IMG/VR virus record: IMGVR_UViG_3300036817_000261
Location: 10,106-74,105 of that record
Reading direction: 5' to 3' (one strand)
Length of the DNA: 64,000 nucleotides
DNA from: a virus
The notes below the pieces were generated by a model. That model searched no databases and was not told the DNA's origin. It worked only from the letters and a program-made list of their open reading frames with translations. Each line of letters starts with the position of its first letter. The stretch's first letter is position 1. Positions 9,202-17,917 of this stretch are shown in pieces. The position numbers were made by a program, and so were the translations under genes.

Positions 9202-9954
9202 TTACGCTGCCATGCTGTCAGTATCCCAGTACTCACTGGCCAAGCCGCCGGAGGCGCGGTCTGCTGCCTCGCGCTGGGCTTCCAAGGCCTTGGCCTTGGC
9301 GATGATATCGTCTAGCCGGTTGGCCGTCGCGACCACTTGCGCGGCCGCCTGGGCCACCCGGTTAGCCCTCCTTTCCTCGCCTGCCATATCCTCGCGAGCC
9401 ACCTCGGCCAGCTTGGCCGATACGAAGGTGGGCACGTTGGTGCAGGCGATGTCAGCCGGTCGCGTGACCAAGGCCGGTGCCGCTGGGGCAACCGGCGCTT
9501 CGATCACGTTCGCCTTGGAGGGGCGCGAGAAGAACCCGAAAGCCGCCTCCTTGGGCTCGACCGTCGCCGTGAAGCTCACGCGCAGGCCTTTGCAGTTGTA
9601 GCCCAGGCTCGAGGGAATCGTGCCCCAGACCTTCCAGCCTGCGTCCGACTGGACCAGCATCTTGTGGCAGCCGCCGAAGTTGCTCTCTTGGTACTTGGTG
9701 GAAAGGACCGTGCCAGTGACTTCGACCCGGCCTTGCGGCATCGGGCTGGTGACGACCACTGCGGCGCGCTCGGCTTGGCGCTCGGCATACTGAGTCAGGG
9801 AGCGGCGGAGTGCTGCCTCCTGGCGCTCGGTCAGCGAGCCGTAGCGCTCGAAGCTCGCCGCTAAGGACGAGTAGAAATTGTCGGTGCGACCGCGCGCGGC
9901 CAGTTCAGCGATGACGCGAGTCAGTTCCTCTCTCAGGGCTTGTTGTGCTTGCAT
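9202..9954 (-). CDS. hypothetical early protein with OB-fold-like centre
   Basis: GRVEVTGTVLSTK...KMLVQ...KVWGTIPS...FGFFSRP. Confidence 0.65.
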   Translation of the reverse strand: MQAQQALREELTRVIAELAARGRTDNFYSSLAASFERYGSLTERQEAALRRSLTQYAERQAERAAVVVTSPMPQGRVEVTGTVLSTKYQESNFGGCHKMLVQSDAGWKVWGTIPSSLGYNCKGLRVSFTATVEPKEAAFGFFSRPSKANVIEAPVAPAAPALVTRPADIACTNVPTFVSAKLAEVAREDMAGEERRANRVAQAAAQVVATANRLDDIIAKAKALEAQREAADRASGGLASEYWDTDSMAA

Positions 9955-9960
9955 GTAGAG

Positions 9961-10002
9961 ATCCTCCGCTATTCCACTTGATAAATCAAGCGAATAATCA
10001 AG
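9961..10002 (-). promoter_or_regulatory. repeated early promoter (leaderless)
   Basis: CTTGA-N8-TTGATT-N17-GAGGAT, 6 nt before ATG 9954. Confidence 0.5.
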
Positions 10003-10213
10003 CTAAGGCAAAGAAAAGGTGCTGGCCCGCCACGGGTCTAGAAGTCCCGCCCAGTCTTCAGGCGACGGACCAGCATTTTTGTGCGGAGCGCCCAGAGGAT
10101 AAAGGAACTCTGTCGCCCCGCTGCGTGGGTTGTCCCTCTCGTTAGCCCCGTTTTGGCAGCTGCCAGCTAGGGGAGGGTCTGCGTCAGCACTCCACGCTGA
10201 TCTAGACGCAAAG

Positions 10214-10576
10214 TTATTTGCCGGGCAATTTAACCAGCCCGGCGCGGGGCGCATAGTCCGAATAGACTTGGACGTCGCCGGGAGGCGCGACAAAGGGTTG
10301 CTGACGGTTGGCGCTCCAGAAGACCCAGCCGATGCCGACAAGGATCGCTACAACGACCCAGCCGCGAACGCTGGCCGGGAGGCAGGCGAGCAGGCCAACG
10401 AAGAGGCCGATGACGAGCCCGGCAATCAGGACAGGATGGCTGTGGTGGTTAGGCGCTGGCAGGCGCACCGGATTAGCTTGAGGCACGGCGCGCTGCAAAT
10501 CGGAATCTTGGATCTGGACGTATTCGTACCGACCTTTGCCGGTGGCGATGTCGCGGATGTAAGCGGTGGTATTCAT
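10214..10576 (-). CDS. two-TM membrane protein
   Basis: Two hydrophobic helices; ATG after an A-rich leader. Confidence 0.55.
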   Translation of the reverse strand: MNTTAYIRDIATGKGRYEYVQIQDSDLQRAVPQANPVRLPAPNHHSHPVLIAGLVIGLFVGLLACLPASVRGWVVVAILVGIGWVFWSANRQQPFVAPPGDVQVYSDYAPRAGLVKLPGK

Positions 10577-10655
10577 TTTTCTTTTTGAAATGCATTTACC
10601 GGGCACCCCCCCCGCTCGGAGGAGATGCCCGGCTCGCTGATGCAAGCAGCAAGTG

Positions 10656-11759
10656 TTAAGCGGCCAGGGCTAGGAGGCGTTGCCATTCGGGCTGCGCCAG
10701 CTCCACAACAGCCGCTCCGGCGCGTTCCAGCTCGGTAGCCCGGTCATAAGACTCGACCTTCTGCGAGAAGGCTGTAACGGCATTGTAGAGGCCGAAGCGG
10801 GTCAAATCGCCGCCTTCAATCAAGGCGCTCAAGACTCCCTTATTTTCGCCTTCGGTCAGGCCGATTTGTTTGCCGGTGAGGTTCACCAGTTTCACCACGT
10901 CGACGTCGCTAATTTTTTCCTTGGCCGTGCCCTCGACTGTGTCAACCAGCTCGTTGAACCGGGCCGGATCGAATGCGTTAGTGACCACATCGCGGACTTG
11001 GCTCATCAGGGCCGCGTTGGTCAGATTCTGGGTCTGAGCGGACAAGAGCGCCACCACATCCTCGCCCAGCAGATCATGCCGTGCGCCAACGTGATACTTC
11101 TTCATGGAGCGGGCCGCGAAGGTCGCCAGATTCGAGCAGAAGCTGTCATAGATCCCGGCTTGAATCGAGAGGGCACCGTGACCGACTTCGCTATTCGAGA
11201 TCGTGATCGCGGGAGCCGCGATTCGCACAATCTTGTGCTGGCCATCGCCCATGAAGTTGCCGGTCTCAGCCAGCTTGCGGGAGACTGAGCGGTCCACCAC
11301 CTTGATGTACAGCTTTCGCTCGGTGACTTCACAGGACATGATGTCGAACCGACCGCCATCCAGAAGCAATGGCAACACGGTCTCGGCCAAATCCTCGTTC
11401 TCGATGGGGCGGAATTTGTCGGAGAGGAACGCGCGGGCTTTGCCGTCCAGGGTGCGCACCATGCGCTTCTGGCCGCTCGCTTTGCCCAGCCACGTATTGA
11501 CGTTAGTCGCCAAGAGTTCCGGGTTTTCGTAGCGCATCCGGTCGTAGTAAGCCGCCGGGATTTGCACGTACTGACCGATCTGGTCGTGGGTGATTTCGTT
11601 GATACCGAATTCCTCGTCACCGACTCGCAGGGTCGCGGTCTTGGTTTCGTTGAGGGCGAGCATGGTGAGCGCTTCGGCGCGGGCCACGTAATCGTGCTTG
11701 GCACCGGCTCTGCGTTGAATCTCTTCTGCTAACTGGACTAGGGTTCTACCTGATTTCAT
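10656..11759 (-). CDS. DUF932/DUF945-like phage protein
   Basis: RMVRTLDGKARAFLSDKFRPIEN and ISNSEVGHGALSIQ...FCSN motifs. Confidence 0.75.
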   Translation of the reverse strand: MKSGRTLVQLAEEIQRRAGAKHDYVARAEALTMLALNETKTATLRVGDEEFGINEITHDQIGQYVQIPAAYYDRMRYENPELLATNVNTWLGKASGQKRMVRTLDGKARAFLSDKFRPIENEDLAETVLPLLLDGGRFDIMSCEVTERKLYIKVVDRSVSRKLAETGNFMGDGQHKIVRIAAPAITISNSEVGHGALSIQAGIYDSFCSNLATFAARSMKKYHVGARHDLLGEDVVALLSAQTQNLTNAALMSQVRDVVTNAFDPARFNELVDTVEGTAKEKISDVDVVKLVNLTGKQIGLTEGENKGVLSALIEGGDLTRFGLYNAVTAFSQKVESYDRATELERAGAAVVELAQPEWQRLLALAA

Positions 11760-11809
11760 TTGCTTGCTTGCTTTTCTTTTTTGGTTTCGCGGGGTTCTCC
11801 CGCTTGGCC

Positions 11810-11854
11810 GAGAGTCTCGGCTATTTATTTTGATATGTCAAATGCTTTTTCAAG
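11810..11854 (-). promoter_or_regulatory. repeated early promoter
   Basis: CTTGAAAAAGCATTTGACA-N17-GAGACTCTC; near-identical copy at 14293-14337. Confidence 0.7.
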
Positions 11855-12123
11855 AGGCGTGCTAAGTACCACTTGGATGGCTCCCATTCATTGACCATGA
11901 CGTAGCCATGCTGCATCATGGGATAATCCCTCGAGAATGTTGGCTGCTCTGATTTGCGGCGAGAGAGCACGTCAGTTTTGCCATAGATCACATTGAGCGT
12001 GTCGCTGACTTTGCGCGGCTTTAGATCGAGGCGCTCGGCGATTTCTTTGACACTGAGCCCTTTCTCAGTGTCAAGATAGCGCTCTACCACTAGGTCGATG
12101 ATCTGCTGGGCCAGTGGCGTCAT
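11821..12123 (-). CDS. winged-HTH protein
   Basis: GLSVKEIAERLDLKPRKVSDTL HTH. Confidence 0.6.
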   Translation of the reverse strand: MTPLAQQIIDLVVERYLDTEKGLSVKEIAERLDLKPRKVSDTLNVIYGKTDVLSRRKSEQPTFSRDYPMMQHGYVMVNEWEPSKWYLARLLKKHLTYQNK

Positions 12124-12521
12124 AATCCTAAGCTGGCAAAGCGGGCGTTGATGGCGGCAGAGAGTTTGGTTTCGCGCCAGCCGCAACCCTCACAAACGTA
12201 GGTTCTATTAAAGCCCAGGCCGCGAATGTGGACTTGGTCGCCGACCGACATGGAGCGCAGCCGGAGGGCCCGGTACTCGGGCTGGCTGATTAGCTCAGTG
12301 CCGTCGACGTGATTGCACTGGCGGAATACGACCTCTAAGGCCTCTTCGATGGTTTGGACCCGCTCCGGGCCGAAGCCATAGATGCGGTTAGGCACGCTAA
12401 ATTCGGAGTCACAATCAAAGGCCCGGTAATAGACGTGGGTGATTACCAGGGCTGGAAACGGAGTTGCTTGCATGGCTGGAAACCTCGGGCCTATTACTTG
12501 AAAAGTCAAATGATATTTCAA
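12120..12521 (-). CDS. YodL-like hypothetical protein
   Basis: LEVVFRQCNH...RSMSVGDQV...YVCEGCGW; alternative start 12473. Confidence 0.55.
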   Translation of the reverse strand: MKYHLTFQVIGPRFPAMQATPFPALVITHVYYRAFDCDSEFSVPNRIYGFGPERVQTIEEALEVVFRQCNHVDGTELISQPEYRALRLRSMSVGDQVHIRGLGFNRTYVCEGCGWRETKLSAAINARFASLGL

Positions 12522-12740
12522 GGCCGCATTAGGGAGGGAGGACCAAGCTGCTTATCTCGGATGATCACAGCTTTCACTCTGCCATTCTCATCGAATTGGA
12601 ATTCCACCTCATAGCCCCGCAAGGTGAACTCATTATAGATGCGTTCTGCGTCTGCCCGGTTCATATATAAAGGACAAGTCCCAGGCACATCAGGAAAAGG
12701 AGAATCGCGAACGCGAGACCTAGAAAAAGCAGGCTTTCTT

Positions 12741-12792
12741 TCATGTCATCAGGTGTCATAACGTCATGTCATCATTTGTAATCATGTCATCA
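12741..12792. repeat. three direct repeats TCATGTCATCA (iteron-like)
   Basis: Copies at 12741, 12764 and 12782, plus partial TGTCATA at 12754, in a non-coding gap. Confidence 0.7.
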
Positions 12793-12924
12793 AAAAGATG
12801 CCCTTTAAACGCACGAGGTTGGCGTCTGCCGCGCCGGACATGGGCTCCGCTATGTTGATATTCAACTTGCATAAAACGCCGCAAATCGCCAAATCGAGGG
12901 GTTCTCACGTTCTTTCGAAGTTAA

Positions 12925-13470
12925 TTACTTGTCAGCTGGTTTCTGATTAGCTGTCAGCTGTTGGAGTGCGGCCAGGAGCGGAATGACGCCTTTTACGTCG
13001 ATAGAGACGTCGCCACTATAATCAGTAAACTTGAACAGATTGTCATCATGCCACTTTCCTTTTGGCCCCGGCTTGATTCCCGTGATCTGAAAAAACAGCT
13101 TGACCAAGTCGCCGCTGGCTTTGTTGCGTGCGTCTATTTTCTCTTTCTCTGCTTTCTTCTCAGCCTCTGCGCGTTCCTTTAGCGTCTGGATCTCGGCGTA
13201 TGTGCCTTGGATATTGGTTGGGTCCAGGGTTCGCTCGAGATACCTCGCGCGCTCAGCTGGGTCGGCTGGAAGCAGCTCGGCTGGCACGTCTCGCTCATCG
13301 ATGGCGCCGTGAACCTTATGGAGATAATCAGCAGCGGTCGCTTTGAGCTTCCGGCGCTTTAGATGGCTTTCTACGTACTCGACCTTGAAGCGAGCCAAGT
13401 ACGTCTCTTTACTGTCTGTGTAAATGGTGACGGCGTAGACGGTGCCTGGATCTATCTGGGATGCTTGCAT
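12925..13470 (-). CDS. hypothetical protein
   Basis: 181 aa ORF in operon. Confidence 0.6.
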   Translation of the reverse strand: MQASQIDPGTVYAVTIYTDSKETYLARFKVEYVESHLKRRKLKATAADYLHKVHGAIDERDVPAELLPADPAERARYLERTLDPTNIQGTYAEIQTLKERAEAEKKAEKEKIDARNKASGDLVKLFFQITGIKPGPKGKWHDDNLFKFTDYSGDVSIDVKGVIPLLAALQQLTANQKPADK

Positions 13471-13472
13471 AT

Positions 13473-13637
13473 TTAATGTTGAAGCAAGAAGGTTTCGACC
13501 CGCTTTAGGTCATCTTTGATGTCATCAACGTGCTGATCGCAAAGACCGAAACGCTTGTTTTCGAAATCGTCTTTCAATTCCGAAGCTGTCGCGATTATTG
13601 AGTCGATGTATTTGATGTAGTCTAAGTGTGCGCTCAT
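13473..13637 (-). CDS. small acidic hypothetical protein
   Basis: MSAHLDYIK..., tight packing. Confidence 0.5.
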   Translation of the reverse strand: MSAHLDYIKYIDSIIATASELKDDFENKRFGLCDQHVDDIKDDLKRVETFLLQH

Positions 13638-13641
13638 ATTC

Positions 13642-13851
13642 TTATTTGAAGTAGGAAGCTGTAGCGTCTTGGACCCAGGACAGGGTGTCGGCTGGGCCAC
13701 TGGTCTCCACCTTATTAGAGAGGTTCCCGATTACGCGATAAATCCACTTGTGCGGGAAACCAGCGACCGGTTGCCAGTTGCGTTCGATTGTTAGGGTGAA
13801 TCGCTCACCTTGCTTTAGGTAGGTCCCGTTAGGTTGTCTTTTGAGTTTCAT
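13642..13851 (-). CDS. hypothetical protein
   Basis: ATGA coupling. Confidence 0.5.
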   Translation of the reverse strand: MKLKRQPNGTYLKQGERFTLTIERNWQPVAGFPHKWIYRVIGNLSNKVETSGPADTLSWVQDATASYFK

Positions 13852-14069
13852 AAAGGGATGTAGGAATCGCCGACTTTGCGGGCGGCGGAGAGGATATCAT
13901 CAAAGCCTTCTCTGGATGAGAAATAGCCATCGGCGAACTTCACGCAGAGGCCGTCATATCTAAAGCAGCGCACCACCTTAGCCGGGACCGGCTTTTTGAA
14001 AGGAGGATCGTTGACCAGAACGAAGTCACCGGGCCGCAAGGCCCGGTGCAATTGGTCGAGCATTTTCAT
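13848..14069 (-). CDS. hypothetical protein (SH3/KOW-like)
   Basis: LRPGDFVLV...AKVV; adjacent to the upstream stop. Confidence 0.5.
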   Translation of the reverse strand: MKMLDQLHRALRPGDFVLVNDPPFKKPVPAKVVRCFRYDGLCVKFADGYFSSREGFDDILSAARKVGDSYIPL

Positions 14070-14288
14070 TTAGTCTTGAGTGCGGCAAGTGGAGTGTGTT
14101 GCGCCTGAAGGCAACACGTAGCGGATTCTGTTAGGCTCACCGGCATCGCTCCAGGTGCAGAGCATCGGAGAGATGATTCTGGAGGTGGCGCGCAGGCTGG
14201 GATGGCGGCTGCGGCAATAGATTTGCCAGTCGCGGATAGCGACTTGGCGAGCTTCGTGCTCTGGTTTGTAGATGTTATCTGCTTGCAT
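14070..14288 (-). CDS. hypothetical protein (leaderless)
   Basis: ATG 7 nt after the -10 of the repeated promoter. Confidence 0.5.
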   Translation of the reverse strand: MQADNIYKPEHEARQVAIRDWQIYCRSRHPSLRATSRIISPMLCTWSDAGEPNRIRYVLPSGATHSTCRTQD

Positions 14289-14292
14289 GACT

Positions 14293-14337
14293 GAGAGTCT
14301 CGGTCATGCGTTTTGAATTGTCAAATGCTATTTCAAG
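14293..14337 (-). promoter_or_regulatory. repeated early promoter
   Basis: CTTGAAATAGCATTTGACA-N17-GAGACTCTC. Confidence 0.7.
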
Positions 14338-14542
14338 GATTGAGCAGAATGGCGAACATGGCCACTTCGTTGACTTTGCCGAAGCGGTTAGCGTTGCCTA
14401 CGATCTTCATCGCATCGGGGAAGGAATAGCGCCCGGCCTCGAGCACAGAACGGGTGTAGCCATTGGCATGCGACTTCCACCAAGCGCCGTGCTCCTCCGA
14501 CCAAACTAGGAAAAGCGGGTCATCATTGGTGTTGCTCATCAA
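14333..14542 (-). CDS. conserved small phage protein
   Basis: VWSEEHGAWW...GYT...AGRYS...A.KI pattern. Confidence 0.6.
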   Translation of the reverse strand: MMSNTNDDPLFLVWSEEHGAWWKSHANGYTRSVLEAGRYSFPDAMKIVGNANRFGKVNEVAMFAILLNP

Positions 14543-14819
14543 TCACCGCTTTCGCCTTGGCTACCGCATCTTCCAGTACCTTGGCTTTTTCTAGCACAAA
14601 GAATTCGTACATCCGGTGCTGGAAGAACTCATTGTAGTCGCCCAGGTGGGCTGGAGGTCCCGAGTGCATGAAGTTCACCGTGGTGGCAGCCAGGGCCTGG
14701 AGCACATCAAAGATCTGGGCACCCACGATCGGGGCCGAATAACAGCGCCGGATGGTTTTGGTAAGCTCGAGGGCCAGCTCAGCGATCTTTTCCTCGTGTT
14801 GAGTAGTGATTCCGCTCAT
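14523..14819 (-). CDS. hypothetical protein
   Basis: ORF in operon. Confidence 0.5.
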   Translation of the reverse strand: MSGITTQHEEKIAELALELTKTIRRCYSAPIVGAQIFDVLQALAATTVNFMHSGPPAHLGDYNEFFQHRMYEFFVLEKAKVLEDAVAKAKAVIDEQHQ

Positions 14820-14876
14820 TTTTGCGTCATAAGTGGTTGAAAAACAGGCAAAACTCCTTCCGAATTCTTAAGGAAT

Positions 14877-15335
14877 TCACCATTTCTGTCCGAAATAGAC
14901 GCGCAAAACTTGGTCGATACAGAGATCTGGATTGATCCGGCGCTGCCAGTGATGTTCCCAGGTGATAGTGCCAGCGATGGCTGCAACACTGGTAGGGCAA
15001 TCAACGACGCCTTCGAACCAGCCGACTACGAGGCCATAGCCGGTGATAGGATGCTCGCCATTGACGCTAGCGACCTTGAATTGTGGATAGACGAACGGCT
15101 CCCTGATGAGCGCGCACTCGTCCACATAGATAGCAACGCGGACGCCGCGCAGTGCGCCGCCAAACATGAGCTGCTGGACAAGGTCACAATCTAGAAGGTT
15201 GTGAATGTAGCGCTGGTCGGCCCAGTTCACGATCAGTGGCACAAGCTCGCATTTAAAGGGATCGATCACGATGGCCCTCACCAACTTGACATCCGGCGGC
15301 GGAGCTGGTTCTCTTTTGTGGGTACAGGAAAGCAT
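14877..15335 (-). CDS. DUF3846-like hypothetical protein
   Basis: RAIVIDPF...IYVDE...ITGYGLVVG; true start may be GTG 15281. Confidence 0.55.
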   Translation of the reverse strand: MLSCTHKREPAPPPDVKLVRAIVIDPFKCELVPLIVNWADQRYIHNLLDCDLVQQLMFGGALRGVRVAIYVDECALIREPFVYPQFKVASVNGEHPITGYGLVVGWFEGVVDCPTSVAAIAGTITWEHHWQRRINPDLCIDQVLRVYFGQKW

Positions 15336-15918
15336 GCCCGAACCTACTGACAACGACCCAGTTTTGCACGCACTAAATGCGGCCAAGGAGCGGCAGCGTG
15401 GAGTCATTGTTCCTATGCGCCTGCCTCCAGCCTCCACGTTGGCCCCAGATGCGCCAGCGCCTCACTTAGGTGATCTTATAGCGGAGATGGGCCCGCAACG
15501 CGTCCTAGACGCTCTCAAGGCCTGGGATATGCGCCTTGGCGGCAGGCCGATCAATGAGGTTGCGCACGAGTTCAATCTTTCGATTGAGGGAGCAAAGATC
15601 TTAATCAAGGAGGCGCATGAAGCAATCAAGGAAGACCTTAAAGAGTCGATTGAGCAAAACAGGAGCTTGGATCTGGCACGAATTGATGGGCTTTTACAGA
15701 CATGGTATCCCGCAGCCAAAGCGGGCGACGACAAAGCGGCGACGATTACCTTAAAATGTATTGAGCGCCGGGCCAAGCTCACCGGCACAGAGCCAGATGA
15801 GAGAGTGGACCGCACCCAGCCACGCAACGTGCTCGTATGGGTCCAGCAGCAGCTGCCCAGCATCAATAAGATTGTCGACAGCCTGCCGGTTGAATTAGCG
15901 CCAGGAGCACCGTCATGA
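15334..15918 (+). CDS. HTH protein, putative terminase small subunit
   Basis: AWDMRLGGRPINEVAHEFNLS HTH, then LDLARIDGL...WYPAAKAGDDKAA...IERRAKLTG. Confidence 0.6.
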   Translation: MPEPTDNDPVLHALNAAKERQRGVIVPMRLPPASTLAPDAPAPHLGDLIAEMGPQRVLDALKAWDMRLGGRPINEVAHEFNLSIEGAKILIKEAHEAIKEDLKESIEQNRSLDLARIDGLLQTWYPAAKAGDDKAATITLKCIERRAKLTGTEPDERVDRTQPRNVLVWVQQQLPSINKIVDSLPVELAPGAPS

Positions 15919-16175
15919 TCACAACGGACACGAGCAAGCGCAGCAGCAACATCAAGCAAGTGAGTTATGATGCTGCTAATCAGGCTTTAGAGATCACCTT
16001 CAAATCTGGTGGCCGATACCGGTTTCACAATGTGAGCCCGCTGGATCACCAGAAGTTTTTAGACAGCAAGAGTTTGGGCAAGCATTTTAACCAGGAGTAC
16101 TGGGGCAATAAACGGCACCCATCCCAAAAGCTCGAGGCCACTGACAACGAGAAGAGCGGGCCGCCGCCTAAATGA
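15915..16175 (+). CDS. KTSC domain protein
   Basis: SSNIKQVSYD...LEITFKSGGRYRFHNV...SKSLGKHFN. Confidence 0.85.
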   Translation: MITTDTSKRSSNIKQVSYDAANQALEITFKSGGRYRFHNVSPLDHQKFLDSKSLGKHFNQEYWGNKRHPSQKLEATDNEKSGPPPK

Positions 16176-16366
16176 GCCTGGGCGACATGAGATGCGACCG
16201 GTGCGGCGAGCTGGAAGGCGCGCTATTCCGAGTCAATCAAGAAACCCCGCTGGACCAGGGCGGCTGGTGGTGCGAGGCCTGTCTGCACGAGGCCGGGCAG
16301 GATCTGGACGAGGAGACTTTGCGGTTAGTCAATATTTTAAGACGAGGCAACCGGCGCGATGACTGA
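16172..16366 (+). CDS. small Zn-finger protein
   Basis: CDRC...CEAC; ATGA coupling. Confidence 0.55.
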   Translation: MSLGDMRCDRCGELEGALFRVNQETPLDQGGWWCEACLHEAGQDLDEETLRLVNILRRGNRRDD

Positions 16367-16586
16367 GCCAGAATATCGAAAAGCACTCGATGCGTGTATA
16401 GAAGACGCGCGGGGCTCTAATGAGCAATGGAACAGGCGTTTTGTGGATGCTTTAGCAGCCCACAAATTGAAGCTGGTGCCGATTATCGATAATGGGCCGC
16501 CGAGCAAGGAGTACTATCGACAAGCGCCGCGACCCTATTCAATCGGTCAACCGTTTTGGCCTCCCAGCTACATTGAGGAGCTATGA
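16359..16586 (+). CDS. hypothetical protein
   Basis: Coupled small ORF. Confidence 0.5.
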   Translation: MTEPEYRKALDACIEDARGSNEQWNRRFVDALAAHKLKLVPIIDNGPPSKEYYRQAPRPYSIGQPFWPPSYIEEL

Positions 16587-16810
16587 GTGAATTCGGCGAA
16601 CACCTCGTAGATCATATCCAGGGCTTGGTTGACAGCCTCAATGATCTCAAAGCTGAGTGCCCGGACAAATACTTTCACACTCCGTACGAAACCCTGCACC
16701 TCCGGCTAGGAATGGCCTTAGAAAGCTACAAAAATGCCAGTAGAAGTCGACTTCCCCACCCGCTGCAAAAACCTCCGCAAACTGGTCAAGACGATCGCAG
16801 CGGAGGTTAA
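16583..16810 (+). CDS. hypothetical protein
   Basis: ATGA coupling, GAGGAG RBS. Confidence 0.5.
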   Translation: MSEFGEHLVDHIQGLVDSLNDLKAECPDKYFHTPYETLHLRLGMALESYKNASRSRLPHPLQKPPQTGQDDRSGG

Positions 16811-16985
16811 TGACACTCATGGTCACTCGGTCTTTGGTGAGGATGACGAAGGCAAGCCCGAGAGCAACTACGATGAGATGGCGGCTAATCTGACGATTTG
16901 CTACCGGCACTTAGAAGACGCGGCGATGCGGTTAGGCAAAGCCATCCAGGCCTATGATGGGGGCAAGAGCGTCTATGACAGCTGA
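16734..16985 (+). CDS. conserved small phage protein
   Basis: EMAANLTICYRHLEDAAMRLGKAIQAYDGGKSVYD. Confidence 0.6.
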   Translation: MPVEVDFPTRCKNLRKLVKTIAAEVNDTHGHSVFGEDDEGKPESNYDEMAANLTICYRHLEDAAMRLGKAIQAYDGGKSVYDS

Positions 16986-17262
16986 AGAGTTCAGCCTGAC
17001 ACCAAGCCAGCGCGAGGATTTAACCCAGGTGATCATCCGGGTGATTCCGCCCGAGCTGCAAGATGACTGGAGCAAGCTTGGCGACTTTGAGCTTTTAATG
17101 ACGGGGCTGATGGCCGCGTACGAAGATGGGCTGTCGCCGGAGCAGACGATGGAATGGCTCAGAGATCAACTAGGCATCAGCAGAGAAGCAGCGATGTGCG
17201 CATTAGGCACATTGGCGGTGAACGCGATAGAGGTGCAGCAGAAGATGATTCAGCGAAATTAG
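16975..17262 (+). CDS. hypothetical protein
   Basis: Coupled ORF. Confidence 0.5.
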   Translation: MTAEEFSLTPSQREDLTQVIIRVIPPELQDDWSKLGDFELLMTGLMAAYEDGLSPEQTMEWLRDQLGISREAAMCALGTLAVNAIEVQQKMIQRN

Positions 17263-17430
17263 AGGCGAGCCAGGGAGGATTCGAACCGCCATCTTAGGGC
17301 TTCCGCCCAACCATTTTAACCAGGGTTGCCGGTCGGAGGATTCGAGGCGTTTCATGATGTGATCAGCACCACTTGCCGCTCCGAGCTGCGCAGTCTCCCC
17401 CGTCTTGGCCACCACTTAAACTACTGGCTC
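17263..17430 (-). ncRNA. tRNA-like RNA with a 92-nt D-loop insertion and non-canonical anticodon arm
   Basis: GAGCCAG/CTGGCTC acceptor stem, TA-GTTT-AAGTGGT D arm, GGTTCGAATCC T arm, own upstream promoter. Confidence 0.65.
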
Positions 17431-17437
17431 GAGGAAG

Positions 17438-17465
17438 ATTCTCGCAGATCCAAATCATTTGTCAA
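17438..17465 (-). promoter_or_regulatory. promoter of the tRNA-like RNA
   Basis: TTGACA-N16-GAGAAT with extended TG, 7 nt before the acceptor stem. Confidence 0.55.
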
Positions 17466-17478
17466 TTAGATAATCAAA

Positions 17479-17721
17479 ATGACGCTGATTAACGTTTACT
17501 GGACGCCTCGGATCAACATGCTAGTTGTGCTCTGCGACTGCGGGGAGATCCTGCACCGGCCTAGCAACTATTCGATGGTGCAATGCCCAGTGTGCCGGAG
17601 GGCGCAGTTATGGCATGACGGAGACCCCAAGCCAAAGAAAGGCCGTTGGAGTCAGCCGGTAATGACCAACATGGTATTGACTCGAGACTTCGATCCGGTT
17701 AAAGCCGAGGCAGCGAAATGA
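17479..17721 (+). CDS. small Zn-ribbon protein
   Basis: CDCG...CPVC. Confidence 0.5.
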   Translation: MTLINVYWTPRINMLVVLCDCGEILHRPSNYSMVQCPVCRRAQLWHDGDPKPKKGRWSQPVMTNMVLTRDFDPVKAEAAK

Positions 17722-17728
17722 AGGTGGC

Positions 17729-17917
17729 GTGAGTTACAAAGACATTAAAAGCTTCGAGGCTGAGAACAAGGAGTTGAAGGAAATTCTTCAGCGAGTTGTT
17801 CACTACATTGAATACTTCAAAGTCCTTGAAGCTGGACCGATTTCTTGGGGCAGTGACGATTCCACGATGGGCCACGCCAGAGAGTGGATAAAGAAGGCAA
17901 AAGAGGCTTGCAAATGA
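17729..17917 (+). CDS. hypothetical protein
   Basis: GTG start with RBS. Confidence 0.45.
   Translation: MSYKDIKSFEAENKELKEILQRVVHYIEYFKVLEAGPISWGSDDSTMGHAREWIKKAKEACK

Noticed and set aside
15333-15336. Two divergent genes starting at the same CATG
   Set aside because: The minus gene more plausibly starts at GTG 15281 (MRAIVIDPF), which removes the overlap
17263-17430. Ordinary functional tRNA
   Set aside because: No 7-nt anticodon loop or U33, a mismatch in the T stem and a large D-loop insert; reported as a tRNA-like ncRNA instead
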